A stretch of 64,000 bases of DNA from Niabella sp. (GTDB taxonomy: Bacteria; Bacteroidota; Bacteroidia; Chitinophagales; Chitinophagaceae): positions 57,617 through 121,616 of the forward strand of contig JAGIAT010000011.1 of the NCBI GenBank assembly GCA_017744715.1, given 5' to 3'. The notes under the pieces were generated by a model. That model was not told where the DNA came from. It did not search any database and saw only the letters and a program-made list of their open reading frames with translations. The translations under genes were made by a program, and so were the position numbers. Of the stretch, positions 9,816-19,146 are shown one piece after another (the stretch's first letter is position 1; every line of letters starts with the position of its first letter).

Positions 9816-11881
9816 CCCGGTATTACAATACCTGCTTCCCGGGGATACAGCAACTCCGCCTGTTTTTGCAGCAGGCGCTGCTTCAGTATAAAATAGCTCC
9901 GCTCGGTCAGGAATCCATAATGATTTAAACTATCGATCAGCAGTTTCAGTACCGCATCATCATAGTGATCCACTACATAGTATGGCAGCTCATTTTCCAG
10001 GTATTTACTTAAGGTGCTGTCGATTTCACCGGTGCGTGCCGCTTCAAAAAGCGGGTCTTCCAGCAAGGTTCTCAATTGTGCTTTAAATTCCTGCTCGATG
10101 GGTTTTAATTGCTCAAAGTTCGACTGGATCACGCTGTAGGGTGTGCCCTCATAAATAAAGGCAAGCCGGTTCCAGATATTGCGACAGGTTTCCAGCCGGT
10201 CATCGAACGATTGATCATACGCAAAAAGACAGCGATAAGCTTCCTTTATATCCGCACTTCTGCCCTGCTGTTCCGCAACAAAAAGCAACTGCCGGTAAAT
10301 ATTGTGGTCATTTTCCCCGATGCGCTGATGGATGGTATCAAGGTCCCTTTTTAACTGTTCCTGCAATACCTCCGCATCCGCTTTCTTATACTTGACACCA
10401 TCATAGTCAAATGTTTTTACCTGCAGCTGGTTGCCGGAGATTTGCGTTAACACTTCCAGGTCGTTCTTTAATGCCGTTGCGGTATACACCCAATCTACTT
10501 TTTCGTCTCCAAAAAAGTCCGTATCTGCCTGCTGTGCTGCGCCAATGGCTCCCGTATCAAAAACGTCTATATTCTTATTATCATAATACGAACGGAATAC
10601 GGGGTCAAACGTATTTGCCTGATAGTCGCGGCTGTAGTCCGTTTCAAACGCCTTCAGTGAATAATGCGCTACAGGGGCGGTATAGGCCACCTGCTGAAAT
10701 ATCTGGTCTGTAAAATATTCCTGGTAATAATCAAGTCGCTTTATCATTGCATTGGCCGGTGTATGATCATAGTGCATATTCCCCGGCTTCATTGCGTTCA
10801 TACGCGCCACCCGTTCTTCAGTGGTAGGATGCGAGGCCCATTGGTTGTTCAGCTTTAACCGGGATTTATTGAATTTTGTACGATGCGCCGCCGTAATCAT
10901 AGGCAGGCCGTGCTCAAAATTGATCCCCTCAGCACGCGCCTGGAACCGGCTGATATAATCCTGTTCCCGGTAGATATTGGAGCTCCTGGTATTTTCAGCG
11001 ATCTTTTGTTCATAAAATCTCAAAACAGCGGAAAACGCATAATCAGAAAGATCCATGCGCCACAAGGCATTTTGCAAAGGAGCGGCGCCTGTAACCGTTG
11101 CGGCTATAGCATCCGCATGATATTCCATTTCCCGTGAAAGCCCGAGATGGCTCAGGTTTACCACCTGGTACATTTTACCCAATACCCATTGGATGCCGCC
11201 CACAATCTTAACCCCGATGGCAACAAAGATGGTAAAATAACCGCTCGCATTGCTCCACTTCTGCATCAGGCTGTTGTACGAATTATTTTCATAAAGCAGG
11301 TTAAAAATGATCTGGTTCACATTATAAACATAGCTGCCCACCTTCATGGTCCGTTGCGAAAAATGACCAAATTCATGCGCAAGAATGGCCTTTAACTCAT
11401 CTTTTGATACGGTATTGACCAGGCCCAGCCCGATCTGCAGGTTCTTCTGCACCGGTAAAAACATGCTCCAGAAACTGGAATCATAGAATACGGCCGCATT
11501 TACTTCGGAAGAGAGATACACCTTCTTCGGAGGCAGTGTGGCAACGCCGGCAACAATGGTATCGATCATTTCAAACAACTCCGGTTCTTCATTATGGTCA
11601 ATTTGCAGCAGGTGCGCACGATCGGTCTTCTTTGCACTGAACATAAATTTAAACAGGAACATCAGCACAAATACACCCAGCGCCGCCAAGCCGATCCCCA
11701 GCATTACCGTTAAAAACCGGGGGATACGGGCCACCAGCTCTATGGCAGCATATACACAGGCAACGGCAAAACCCAGGCCTAAGATCACCAGTAAAAGATA
11801 CACCAGGATAAAAGCAATAATCGCCAAAATAGCCTGCCGGGTACGGCGACGGAAATCATCAGTTAATTCAATATTCTTCAT
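9812..11881 (-). CDS. M48-family zinc metallopeptidase, membrane anchored
   Basis: HEFGH zinc motif (AILAHEFGHFSQR) after two TM helices. I prefer the internal ATG at 11881 (MKNIELTDD...) over the track start at 11968. Confidence 0.8.
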   Translation of the reverse strand: MKNIELTDDFRRRTRQAILAIIAFILVYLLLVILGLGFAVACVYAAIELVARIPRFLTVMLGIGLAALGVFVLMFLFKFMFSAKKTDRAHLLQIDHNEEPELFEMIDTIVAGVATLPPKKVYLSSEVNAAVFYDSSFWSMFLPVQKNLQIGLGLVNTVSKDELKAILAHEFGHFSQRTMKVGSYVYNVNQIIFNLLYENNSYNSLMQKWSNASGYFTIFVAIGVKIVGGIQWVLGKMYQVVNLSHLGLSREMEYHADAIAATVTGAAPLQNALWRMDLSDYAFSAVLRFYEQKIAENTRSSNIYREQDYISRFQARAEGINFEHGLPMITAAHRTKFNKSRLKLNNQWASHPTTEERVARMNAMKPGNMHYDHTPANAMIKRLDYYQEYFTDQIFQQVAYTAPVAHYSLKAFETDYSRDYQANTFDPVFRSYYDNKNIDVFDTGAIGAAQQADTDFFGDEKVDWVYTATALKNDLEVLTQISGNQLQVKTFDYDGVKYKKADAEVLQEQLKRDLDTIHQRIGENDHNIYRQLLFVAEQQGRSADIKEAYRCLFAYDQSFDDRLETCRNIWNRLAFIYEGTPYSVIQSNFEQLKPIEQEFKAQLRTLLEDPLFEAARTGEIDSTLSKYLENELPYYVVDHYDDAVLKLLIDSLNHYGFLTERSYFILKQRLLQKQAELLYPREAGIVIPG

Positions 11882-12016
11882 TGCAGTTATAAATTTGAGC
11901 GTGTCAGCACGCTGCTTACAAAGATTGATATCTTTTCTGTAGTTGCAAAAATATTTTATTGCCGCCACCCGCTCAACCGCATTGTCCTACTTTTACAGCT
12001 CATCAACCATCCGCAA

Positions 12017-12304
12017 ATGCATAAACAATTACAGGAAGATCTTTCCTCGCTCGAGAAAATAATGCAACGCGTCAGCCGGCAGGGACTGGATTATTTAAAA
12101 CGGATCGATGAACGGTCTACCACCGCAAACCGCGAAGCCGCTTCCCAGGGAAGTCTGCCTGAAAAAGGGCTGGGCACCATTGAAACCCAATACAAAGGAC
12201 AGGCCGGGATCCGTGCAGCCTTTGTCAATTTCAGAACGATGGAAAAAGACATCGAACGGGTAAAAACATGCATCCGCCGGTTATTAACCACCGGCACACA
12301 ATGA
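12017..12304 (+). pseudogene. probable in-frame internally deleted remnant of a PLP-dependent decarboxylase
   Basis: The 95-aa ORF joins an N-terminus-like segment (LDYLKRIDERS...LPEKGLGT) directly to a C-terminus-like segment (AGIRAAFVNFRTMEKDIERV) of ~470-aa group II decarboxylases. The call rests on my recollection of the family. Confidence 0.35.
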
Positions 12305-12324
12305 TATCAGAGAACCGTTACTTT

Positions 12325-13164
12325 ATGAAAAAAGAAATCCTGATCACCGGTATCTGCCTTATGGCAACCATTCTTTTCTCCTGTGCTGTTAAAGAAGCAA
12401 AGCAGGCAGCAGCACCGCCACACAGCCTTAGCCCCCCTCCTGCTCCCGCAAAGACGCTGCCCATGCTTCCGGTTGAAGGCACCGATTTTTTTGCGGTGTA
12501 TACCGTATCACCTAAAACCACCGGGCTTGTTATGGAGATCATTGATCCCCCTGTACCCACCCCGGCCGATTCGATCTTTTCCGTAGTTGCAAAGAAAGAA
12601 CACCTCCATCCGTATGCAGCAACGCCCTGTACCGCCTGTGCTGTTGCAGACAGCTCCGGTCCCTTCCTGTTGATGAAGAACCAAACGCTTGAAAAGGCCA
12701 TCCGGCAACAATGGCCCGGAGCCTTTTACCTGTACGGCACAACAGGCATGCGGAAGATCCGGTACCAGGAAGTTTTTTATGCCCTGGACGAATGCATCAC
12801 CAACCTTATCATTTGCACCATCCGTCCGGAAGACACCACCGGCATCGGGCAACCGTTGCTTGCAGCATCCCGGCCGTTGCCATTATCATATAACCATTCC
12901 TATACATCCATTGACAACAGGATCCGGCAGCAGCGAGCCCTGCAGCCCGGCGATTATCAGCATTTGGATACCGTAGAAACCCGCACATTTGCCAGCCTGG
13001 ACTCCTTTTATTTTACCTACACCGATAATTTTACCATACCCGATCTGCAAAATGAACAACGGTTCCGGTTTCCGGCGCGGGCGGTTTTCAAACGTTACCT
13101 GCCCGATTCGCTTCACTGCTACTGGAGCAACAGCCTCGACCTTTTTGGCATTCCGTGTGACTAG
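12325..13164 (+). CDS. hypothetical lipoprotein
   Basis: The internal start MKKEILITGICLMATILFSC has a lipobox-like Cys. I recognised no domain. Confidence 0.55.
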   Translation: MKKEILITGICLMATILFSCAVKEAKQAAAPPHSLSPPPAPAKTLPMLPVEGTDFFAVYTVSPKTTGLVMEIIDPPVPTPADSIFSVVAKKEHLHPYAATPCTACAVADSSGPFLLMKNQTLEKAIRQQWPGAFYLYGTTGMRKIRYQEVFYALDECITNLIICTIRPEDTTGIGQPLLAASRPLPLSYNHSYTSIDNRIRQQRALQPGDYQHLDTVETRTFASLDSFYFTYTDNFTIPDLQNEQRFRFPARAVFKRYLPDSLHCYWSNSLDLFGIPCD

Positions 13165-13241
13165 CAGGTGGTACCGCTATAGCCTGACCATACCACCCGT
13201 ACGATCACTTCTGTGAAGCAGGAATCACTACCGGAAAAACA

Positions 13242-13277
13242 TTATTGAATTTTCAAAAAATATTGAAAATTCAATAA
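13242..13277. promoter_or_regulatory. perfect 15-bp inverted repeat with 6-bp spacer; candidate operator of the adjacent GbsR/MarR-like regulator
   Basis: TTATTGAATTTTCAA aaaata TTGAAAATTCAATAA. It ends 8 nt before a TATCTTTG -7 box (13285..13292) and lies 35 nt before the regulator ATG. Confidence 0.6.
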
Positions 13278-13311
13278 ATAGTATTATCTTTGTGTCTGAA
13301 ATGCATGTAAC

Positions 13312-13818
13312 ATGAGTTTAGAAGCATCCAAGCAAAAATTTATCGACACCTGGGGAGCCCTGGGTACCGAATGGGGCATTAACAAATCCGTAGCCCAGGT
13401 ACAGGCCCTGCTGCTGGTTTCCGACAACCCGCTTTCCACGGACGAGATCATGGAAAGCCTGACCATTTCCCGCGGCAACGCCAATATGAGCTTGCGGCAA
13501 TTGCTGGACTATGGCATTATTTATAAAAAGGTGATCGCCGGCGACCGGAAGGAATATTTTGTGGCGGAAAAGGATATCTGGAAATGGGCACTTAAAATAG
13601 CACTGATGCGCAAGCAAAAAGAAATTGATCCGGTGCTGAGCGTACTGACCGAGCTGGAAGCAGAAACAAAAAAAGACAAAACTGCCGAAGGGAAAGCGCT
13701 GCATCAGACGGTGCACGAAATCCAGGCATTTACAGAACAATTAAGTACCCTGGTAGAACGGGTGGCCGGTTCTACCCGCGGAGAGCTGCTGCTGAAATTA
13801 TTGAAACTGGTTATGTAA
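13312..13818 (+). CDS. GbsR/MarR-family winged-helix transcriptional regulator
   Basis: 168-aa ORF. FIDTWGALGTEWGINKSVAQVQALLLVS...STDEIMESLTISRGNANMSLRQL is the GbsR-type wHTH. Confidence 0.8.
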   Translation: MSLEASKQKFIDTWGALGTEWGINKSVAQVQALLLVSDNPLSTDEIMESLTISRGNANMSLRQLLDYGIIYKKVIAGDRKEYFVAEKDIWKWALKIALMRKQKEIDPVLSVLTELEAETKKDKTAEGKALHQTVHEIQAFTEQLSTLVERVAGSTRGELLLKLLKLVM

Positions 13819-14032
13819 CGTGGCCATGCTTTTCCCTGAAATAAAAAAAACACTATGAGCCGGAACACATCAATAACACTACGTACAGGTTACACTTTAT
13901 AGTCGTTTCCAACGCATCGCCACCTTCAATTTTTACGCCGGCTGGTGGGCTAAATGAATCATGAAAGATATACAAAACAATATCCTGCAGATTGAAAAAC
14001 GGAGATCATAAAATCAATAAACAAATGCAGTC

Positions 14033-14389
14033 ATGAACTACAATATCCTTGCCTATATTATTTACGCGGTGATTACCATTTACATCATTTATTGGGTAGG
14101 CCGGTTGTTTCATAAGAACGGAAGGATCTTTATCCTGCAGCTGTTTCATCATCATGCAGCACAAACAGACGCCACCAACAATATTATCCTCATTGCCTAT
14201 TACCTGTTCAATACCGGTTATGCCATTGTGCAATTCAGCAACTGGCAACCCGTTCTTACCATACCGGCCCTCATAGCTTCCATTGCCGGTAAAACAGGCA
14301 TACTGGTAGGCATCCTTGCGGTAACCCATTATTTCAATATGGCACTCATCTATTTCCTTTCCAGGCGCATACTTCATTATTCATCATAA
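14033..14389 (+). CDS. small 4-TM membrane protein, tandem paralog 1
   Basis: 118-aa hydrophobic ORF that aligns with the next ORF (N..F.IAYYLFN.G). Confidence 0.6.
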   Translation: MNYNILAYIIYAVITIYIIYWVGRLFHKNGRIFILQLFHHHAAQTDATNNIILIAYYLFNTGYAIVQFSNWQPVLTIPALIASIAGKTGILVGILAVTHYFNMALIYFLSRRILHYSS

Positions 14390-14400
14390 AACATATCATC

Positions 14401-14799
14401 ATGAAAAACTTAATCGTGATAGCATACCTGGTATATGTACCGGTAGTGATCCTTCTTACCTTTTATGTAGCCCACAACCTGTTCCGCAACAGCCTGGTAT
14501 ACATGAAGGATATCTTCAATGGACGCGATGAAATAGCCGTTGCAACCAACACCCTTTTCAAGATCGGCTTTTACCTGCTCAACCTCGGCTTCGGGCTTTA
14601 TATCCTGGAAATCACCCGTCATCTTGACACACCACAAGTGGCCATTGAAGCGCTGAGTGTAAAGATCGGAGGCTTCAGCATTTACCTGGGTATTATGCTG
14701 TTCCTGAACCTGTACCTGTTTTTCAGAGGCAAACGGATCGCAAAACAAAAAAGGCTTACAGCACAATTTACCGCGCGGCCCAATATACCCCAGGTATAA
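14401..14799 (+). CDS. small 4-TM membrane protein, tandem paralog 2
   Basis: 132-aa hydrophobic ORF with the same architecture as 14033..14389 (TNTLFKIGFYLLNLGF). Confidence 0.6.
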   Translation: MKNLIVIAYLVYVPVVILLTFYVAHNLFRNSLVYMKDIFNGRDEIAVATNTLFKIGFYLLNLGFGLYILEITRHLDTPQVAIEALSVKIGGFSIYLGIMLFLNLYLFFRGKRIAKQKRLTAQFTARPNIPQV

Positions 14800-14903
14800 A
14801 CACGGAATGCACCATCCGTCAACACAGGTGGTATCAACGGTGCCCACCGCTTCCAGGAAGCAACACGAGGATTGATACCACCTTTCTTAAAAAAAATCAT
14901 ACT

Positions 14904-15794
14904 ATGAAATCAAAAGTAGTCATTGCCGGCGGCAGCGGGTTTATTGGCCAGTACCTGGTAAAGCGGTTCCGGGAAGAAGGCTATGAAGTATTGCTGATCT
15001 CCCGCAGCGCCTCCTATATCACCTGGTCCGATACCGGTAAAATACGGGCGGCGCTCGAAGGAGCAGCAGTCCTGATCAATCTGGCGGGAACGTCTGTAGA
15101 CTGCCGTTATACCCAGGCCAACAAACAAGCGATCCTTGAATCACGGGTAGCAAGCACCGAACAACTTCAGCGCGTTGTTGATCAATGCATCCGGCCACCA
15201 AAATTATGGATCAATTCCAGCACGGCTACCATTTACCGGCACGCAACGGACCGTGCCATGGATGAATACAGCGGTGAGATCGGAACCGGATTTTCGGTGC
15301 ACGTGGCCAGGGCCTGGGAGCAGGCTTTTTTTAAAACGCCCACACCCCGTACCCGTAAAGTAGCTTTGCGGATGGCCATTGTATTGGGTATTGGCGGCGG
15401 TGTAATGCAACCCTACAGCAACCTTGTTCGTTTTGGACTGGGAGGCGTGCAAGGCAACGGGCAGCAGGTGTTCAGCTGGATCCATATCGAAGACGTATAT
15501 CGTGTGGTACGCTTCATGATGGAACACTCCTCGCTTGAAGGCATTTACAATACTGCAGCGCCGTACCCCGTTCTTAATAAACAATGGATGCAGGCATTAA
15601 GGGCACGGATCAAACCGCTGGTCTATTTTTCATCGCCCGAATGGTTGCTGAAGCTGGGCGCAACACTCATTGGTACCGAAACCGAACTGGTACTGAAAAG
15701 CAGGTGGGTAGTGCCCCAAAAACTGCTGGAGGCCGGCTTTACATTTCAATATCCAACAGTAGAAGAAGCGCTGGATGACATTTTTTTTATTTGA
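14904..15794 (+). CDS. TIGR01777-type NAD-dependent epimerase/dehydratase (DUF1731 C-terminus)
   Basis: N-terminal GGSGFIG Rossmann motif. Length and C-terminus are YfcH-like. Confidence 0.85.
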   Translation: MKSKVVIAGGSGFIGQYLVKRFREEGYEVLLISRSASYITWSDTGKIRAALEGAAVLINLAGTSVDCRYTQANKQAILESRVASTEQLQRVVDQCIRPPKLWINSSTATIYRHATDRAMDEYSGEIGTGFSVHVARAWEQAFFKTPTPRTRKVALRMAIVLGIGGGVMQPYSNLVRFGLGGVQGNGQQVFSWIHIEDVYRVVRFMMEHSSLEGIYNTAAPYPVLNKQWMQALRARIKPLVYFSSPEWLLKLGATLIGTETELVLKSRWVVPQKLLEAGFTFQYPTVEEALDDIFFI

Positions 15795-15879
15795 TATACA
15801 CTTTTGAATATGCACATTGTCCTCGTTTTTTAGGAAGACAAGGGGCCTGAAACTTTTACAGATATATGGATGGAATCCT

Positions 15880-15985
15880 GTTTAATATTCAACGCCGGGT
15901 CTCCAGTCCCAGACCTGATCAGCCGAAGACTAAAAACTGAACACTGAAAACTGATGACTGATGACTGAAAACTGACGACTGATGA
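15880..15985. repeat. copy of the composite intergenic repeat element (GTTTAAT... core ... CTGAAAACTGATGACTG array)
   Basis: gtttaatattcaacgcc...gatcagccgaagactaaaaactgaacactgaaaactgatgactgatgactgaaaactgacgactgatga aligns with the 32.7-kb units. Confidence 0.6.
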
Positions 15986-16013
15986 TCTATTCACTGACTT
16001 TCGAATCCCCTTC

Positions 16014-16670
16014 TCAATCCACCAGCAAACTATTGGCAAATTTTTCGGAAACCGTGAGCTTTTCTTTTTCCACCAGCAGCGTCATGGAACCATCAAAAGA
16101 GACCTTTTCCAGTACCTTGATCTTTGTACCGATACCAATAGACAATTGTTCCAGGTACTGCAAAAATACCGGGGAGGTATCTTTTACGGCCGCTACCGTA
16201 CAGGACTGCTGCACCGCTACGGAGGACAGCAATGTGGTAGCCCGGGGCGGCATCTTGCCATTCGATTTGGGAATGGGATCTCCGTGCGGATCATAATCCG
16301 GGTAATTTAAAAATTTATCCAGGCGTTCGGTAAGCTTGTCGGACTGGATATGCTCCAGCTGCTCGGCTACCTCGTGAACCTCATCCCAGCTAAATTCCAG
16401 CACCTCGCACAGAAAGGTTTCCCATAACCGGTGCTTACGCATCACAAACATGGCAATGTCTTTACCGGAGCGGGTAAGGGAGATCTTCCCATACTTCTTA
16501 TAGCTTACATATTCTTTCTCCTTCAACCGTTTCAACATGTCGTTTACAGTTGCCGGTTTCAAACCCAGGTGCGTTGCAAGATCATTGGTTCCCGCTTCTT
16601 TTTTACCAGCATCCTCGGCCGTAAGGTAGAGCAGAGCCTTGAGATAGTTTTCTTCAGTATTGGACAACAT
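16014..16670 (-). CDS. DtxR/MntR-family metal-dependent transcriptional repressor
   Basis: 218-aa ORF with an N-terminal wHTH (EENYLKALLYL), a dimerisation/metal-binding region and a C-terminal FeoA/SH3-like segment. Confidence 0.85.
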   Translation of the reverse strand: MLSNTEENYLKALLYLTAEDAGKKEAGTNDLATHLGLKPATVNDMLKRLKEKEYVSYKKYGKISLTRSGKDIAMFVMRKHRLWETFLCEVLEFSWDEVHEVAEQLEHIQSDKLTERLDKFLNYPDYDPHGDPIPKSNGKMPPRATTLLSSVAVQQSCTVAAVKDTSPVFLQYLEQLSIGIGTKIKVLEKVSFDGSMTLLVEKEKLTVSEKFANSLLVD

Positions 16671-16701
16671 CCGTCAAAACTACAAAAAAAACGACACTAA
16701 A

Positions 16702-16717
16702 GTTAGGTTATCCTAAC
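16702..16717. promoter_or_regulatory. DtxR/IdeR-type iron-box-like palindrome in the dtxR / beta-lactamase divergent region
   Basis: gTTAGGTTATCCTAAC matches 14 of the first 15 positions of the TTAGGTTAGCCTAACCTAA consensus. It lies ~20 bp upstream of a TAGTTTTG -7 box (16675..16682, minus strand). Confidence 0.5.
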
Positions 16718-16811
16718 ACCAAACCGGCATTACCCAAACAGCACCGGCAATACTTTTTCTTGCGGTTCTGTCCGGAAAATGAGCACCAGCTATTAAATTG
16801 CAACCTGTTCT

Positions 16812-17612
16812 ATGCGTTTACTTTTTTTATCCCTTTTTCTGCTGACCGGAATTTACACCCGGTGCCAGACCGGTTTTCAAGAGCCATTCGATGCCTGCGC
16901 CGTAACGGGCAGCACCACGATATTTGATCTTAACCATAACCGCTGGCTGATTACGGACAGTGCAGATGCCGTCAGCGGCACACAACCCGCCTCTACCTTT
17001 AAGATCATCAACCTGCTGATTGCCCTGGAAACAGGTGTGATCCGGGATGAACAGGAGATCATAAAATGGCCGGGGCACACGGATACCACGCTTTACGGAT
17101 ACCGGCCCGATATTTACAAAGACATGAGCGTAAAAGAAGCCTTTGAAGTTTCTGCCGGTTGGGTGTTTATAGAACTGGCTAAACGCATCGGCCGGAAAAA
17201 ATATCAATACTACCTGAACCGGTGTCATTATGGAAACGGAAACCTGACGGAAAAAGGAACCGATTTCTGGAATTTCGGGGCCTTCGCCATCAGCCCCCGG
17301 AACCAGGTAACCTTCCTGGTAAATGTGTACAAAGAACAGGTGCCCTTTTCCAAAAGAAACCTGGCCATCCTGAAAAATGTAATGATTACCGAAACCAATG
17401 ATCAGTATACCATTCGCTCAAAAACGGGATGGACCCGGGTCGCTGGAAAAAATATCGGCTGGTGGACGGGGTATGTTACAACCGGTGGCAATGTATTCTT
17501 TTTTGCCACACGCATTCTGAACAACCGGGCTGAGGATAACCCCAACTTTGGCAATTGCCGCAAAACGATCACCCGGCACTTTCTTCGCCAGTTGGGCGCT
17601 TTGCCGGAATAA
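16812..17612 (+). CDS. class D (OXA-like) beta-lactamase
   Basis: Signal peptide, then STFK, YGN, KTG and GWWTG motifs in the canonical order. Confidence 0.85.
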   Translation: MRLLFLSLFLLTGIYTRCQTGFQEPFDACAVTGSTTIFDLNHNRWLITDSADAVSGTQPASTFKIINLLIALETGVIRDEQEIIKWPGHTDTTLYGYRPDIYKDMSVKEAFEVSAGWVFIELAKRIGRKKYQYYLNRCHYGNGNLTEKGTDFWNFGAFAISPRNQVTFLVNVYKEQVPFSKRNLAILKNVMITETNDQYTIRSKTGWTRVAGKNIGWWTGYVTTGGNVFFFATRILNNRAEDNPNFGNCRKTITRHFLRQLGALPE

Positions 17613-17695
17613 TTCCAGACCCGCAGTTTCCTTCAGATTCAACAATCGCCGGCTTACAAAAAAATCCTATACTTGCGTGATCAAAAAATCATTCA

Positions 17696-18484
17696 ATGAC
17701 ACCAATATCCTTTATCTGTACTACCTGCGGAACCGCTTATACACCAGCCGTACAACCGCCGGCCGGTTGCCCGGTTTGTGCAGATGAGCGCCAGTATATA
17801 AACCCGCAGGGACAAAGCTGGACAACGCTCAAACAGATCAACCGTACGCATAAAAATATCATCGACAAGATTGCTGACGGACTGTACGCCATTTATACCA
17901 CGCCCTCTTTTGCCATCGGGCAGCGGGCACACCTGCTGAAAACCCCGCACGGAAATATTCTTTGGGACTGCATAGCCAACCTCGATGCCACGACCATTGA
18001 GCTGATCAGCCAATTGGGCGGTATACAAAAAATAGCCATCTCTCATCCGCATTATTATACCACCATGGCCGACTGGAGCCGCGCCTTCCAGGCACCGGTA
18101 TGGATCCATCAGCGGGATGCAGATTGGATACCCCGCAGGGATTTTGAGCTGCAACTTTGGGAGGGCCTCAAAAAAGAGCTTCTCCCGGGCGTAACACTGA
18201 TCAACAGTGCCGGGCATTTTGATGGTGGAACGGTTTTGCATTATGACCGGTTTTTATTACCAGGGGATGTGATACAGGTGGCACCTGACCTTAAAACGGT
18301 GAGCTTTATGTACAGCTATCCGAATTATATTCCGCTTAATAAAAAAAGCATCCTGCATATCCGGGCTTCGCTGGAAGGCGTTGCATTTGATGCCATATAT
18401 GGTGCGTTCGGACACTATATCACCCAACAGGGCCGAAAGGCCTTCGATGATTCAATAACACGCTACCTGAGGATCTTTGAATAA
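17696..18484 (+). CDS. MBL-fold metallo-hydrolase with N-terminal Cys4 zinc-ribbon
   Basis: CTTCG...CPVC, followed by beta-lactamase-fold histidine motifs (ISHPHYY). Confidence 0.75.
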   Translation: MTPISFICTTCGTAYTPAVQPPAGCPVCADERQYINPQGQSWTTLKQINRTHKNIIDKIADGLYAIYTTPSFAIGQRAHLLKTPHGNILWDCIANLDATTIELISQLGGIQKIAISHPHYYTTMADWSRAFQAPVWIHQRDADWIPRRDFELQLWEGLKKELLPGVTLINSAGHFDGGTVLHYDRFLLPGDVIQVAPDLKTVSFMYSYPNYIPLNKKSILHIRASLEGVAFDAIYGAFGHYITQQGRKAFDDSITRYLRIFE

Positions 18485-18506
18485 AACGTATTTTTATAGA
18501 AAAACT

Positions 18507-18974
18507 ATGGAAACAACAGTACAAAATTTTGCAAAAGCAGCCATGCTGATCCATAAACCGGTTGCCGAGGTATTTGAAGCGTTTGTGAACCCTGAAATTA
18601 CCACAAAAATATGGTTTACCAGGAGCAGCGGTCCGCTGGAAAAAGGCCGGCAGCTGGAATGGGTTTGGGAAATGTATGGTGTAACCGTTCCTGTTTTTGT
18701 AAGGGAAGTGAAGCCCTGTGAAAAAATTGAGATTGAATGGGGCAACCAGGGCGAACAAACCCTGGTTACCTGGACCTTTTCGGCAACAGATTCGGAAAAA
18801 ACATTTGTAAGTATTGTAAACAGCGGGTTTCAGGGCGATGCAGACCAGCTGCTTGCCTCCGTACGGGATTCCACAGAAGGATTTACCCTTGTACTTGCAA
18901 ACCTGAAAGCCTTGCTGGAACACGGCATACAGCTAAACCTGGTGGGTGACCGCTTCCCAAAAGAAATGCAATGA
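18507..18974 (+). CDS. SRPBCC (AHSA1/START-like) domain protein
   Basis: METTVQNFAKAAMLIHKPVAEVFEAFVNPEITTKIWF is typical of the family. I prefer the internal ATG at 18507. Confidence 0.7.
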   Translation: METTVQNFAKAAMLIHKPVAEVFEAFVNPEITTKIWFTRSSGPLEKGRQLEWVWEMYGVTVPVFVREVKPCEKIEIEWGNQGEQTLVTWTFSATDSEKTFVSIVNSGFQGDADQLLASVRDSTEGFTLVLANLKALLEHGIQLNLVGDRFPKEMQ

Positions 18975-19146
18975 TCCGGCAAAGGATATAGGGTGGCGAA
19001 CCTTGCTCCGATCATTTAAGAACGCGGGGGCCGCTACGGGAACCCCTGCCGGGGAGAAGACGCACCACAACGGATCTTCACCACCGACGCTAACCTGCCT
19101 TTTATTTTTTTTATCGTATATTTCCCTTTTACACAAAACAAAGAAT

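Noticed and set aside
15830-16039. 69-aa minus-strand ORF (…SVVSFQSSVISFQCSVFS…)
   Set aside because: It has the same repeat-derived periodic sequence and overlaps the 3' end of the dtxR-like gene region.
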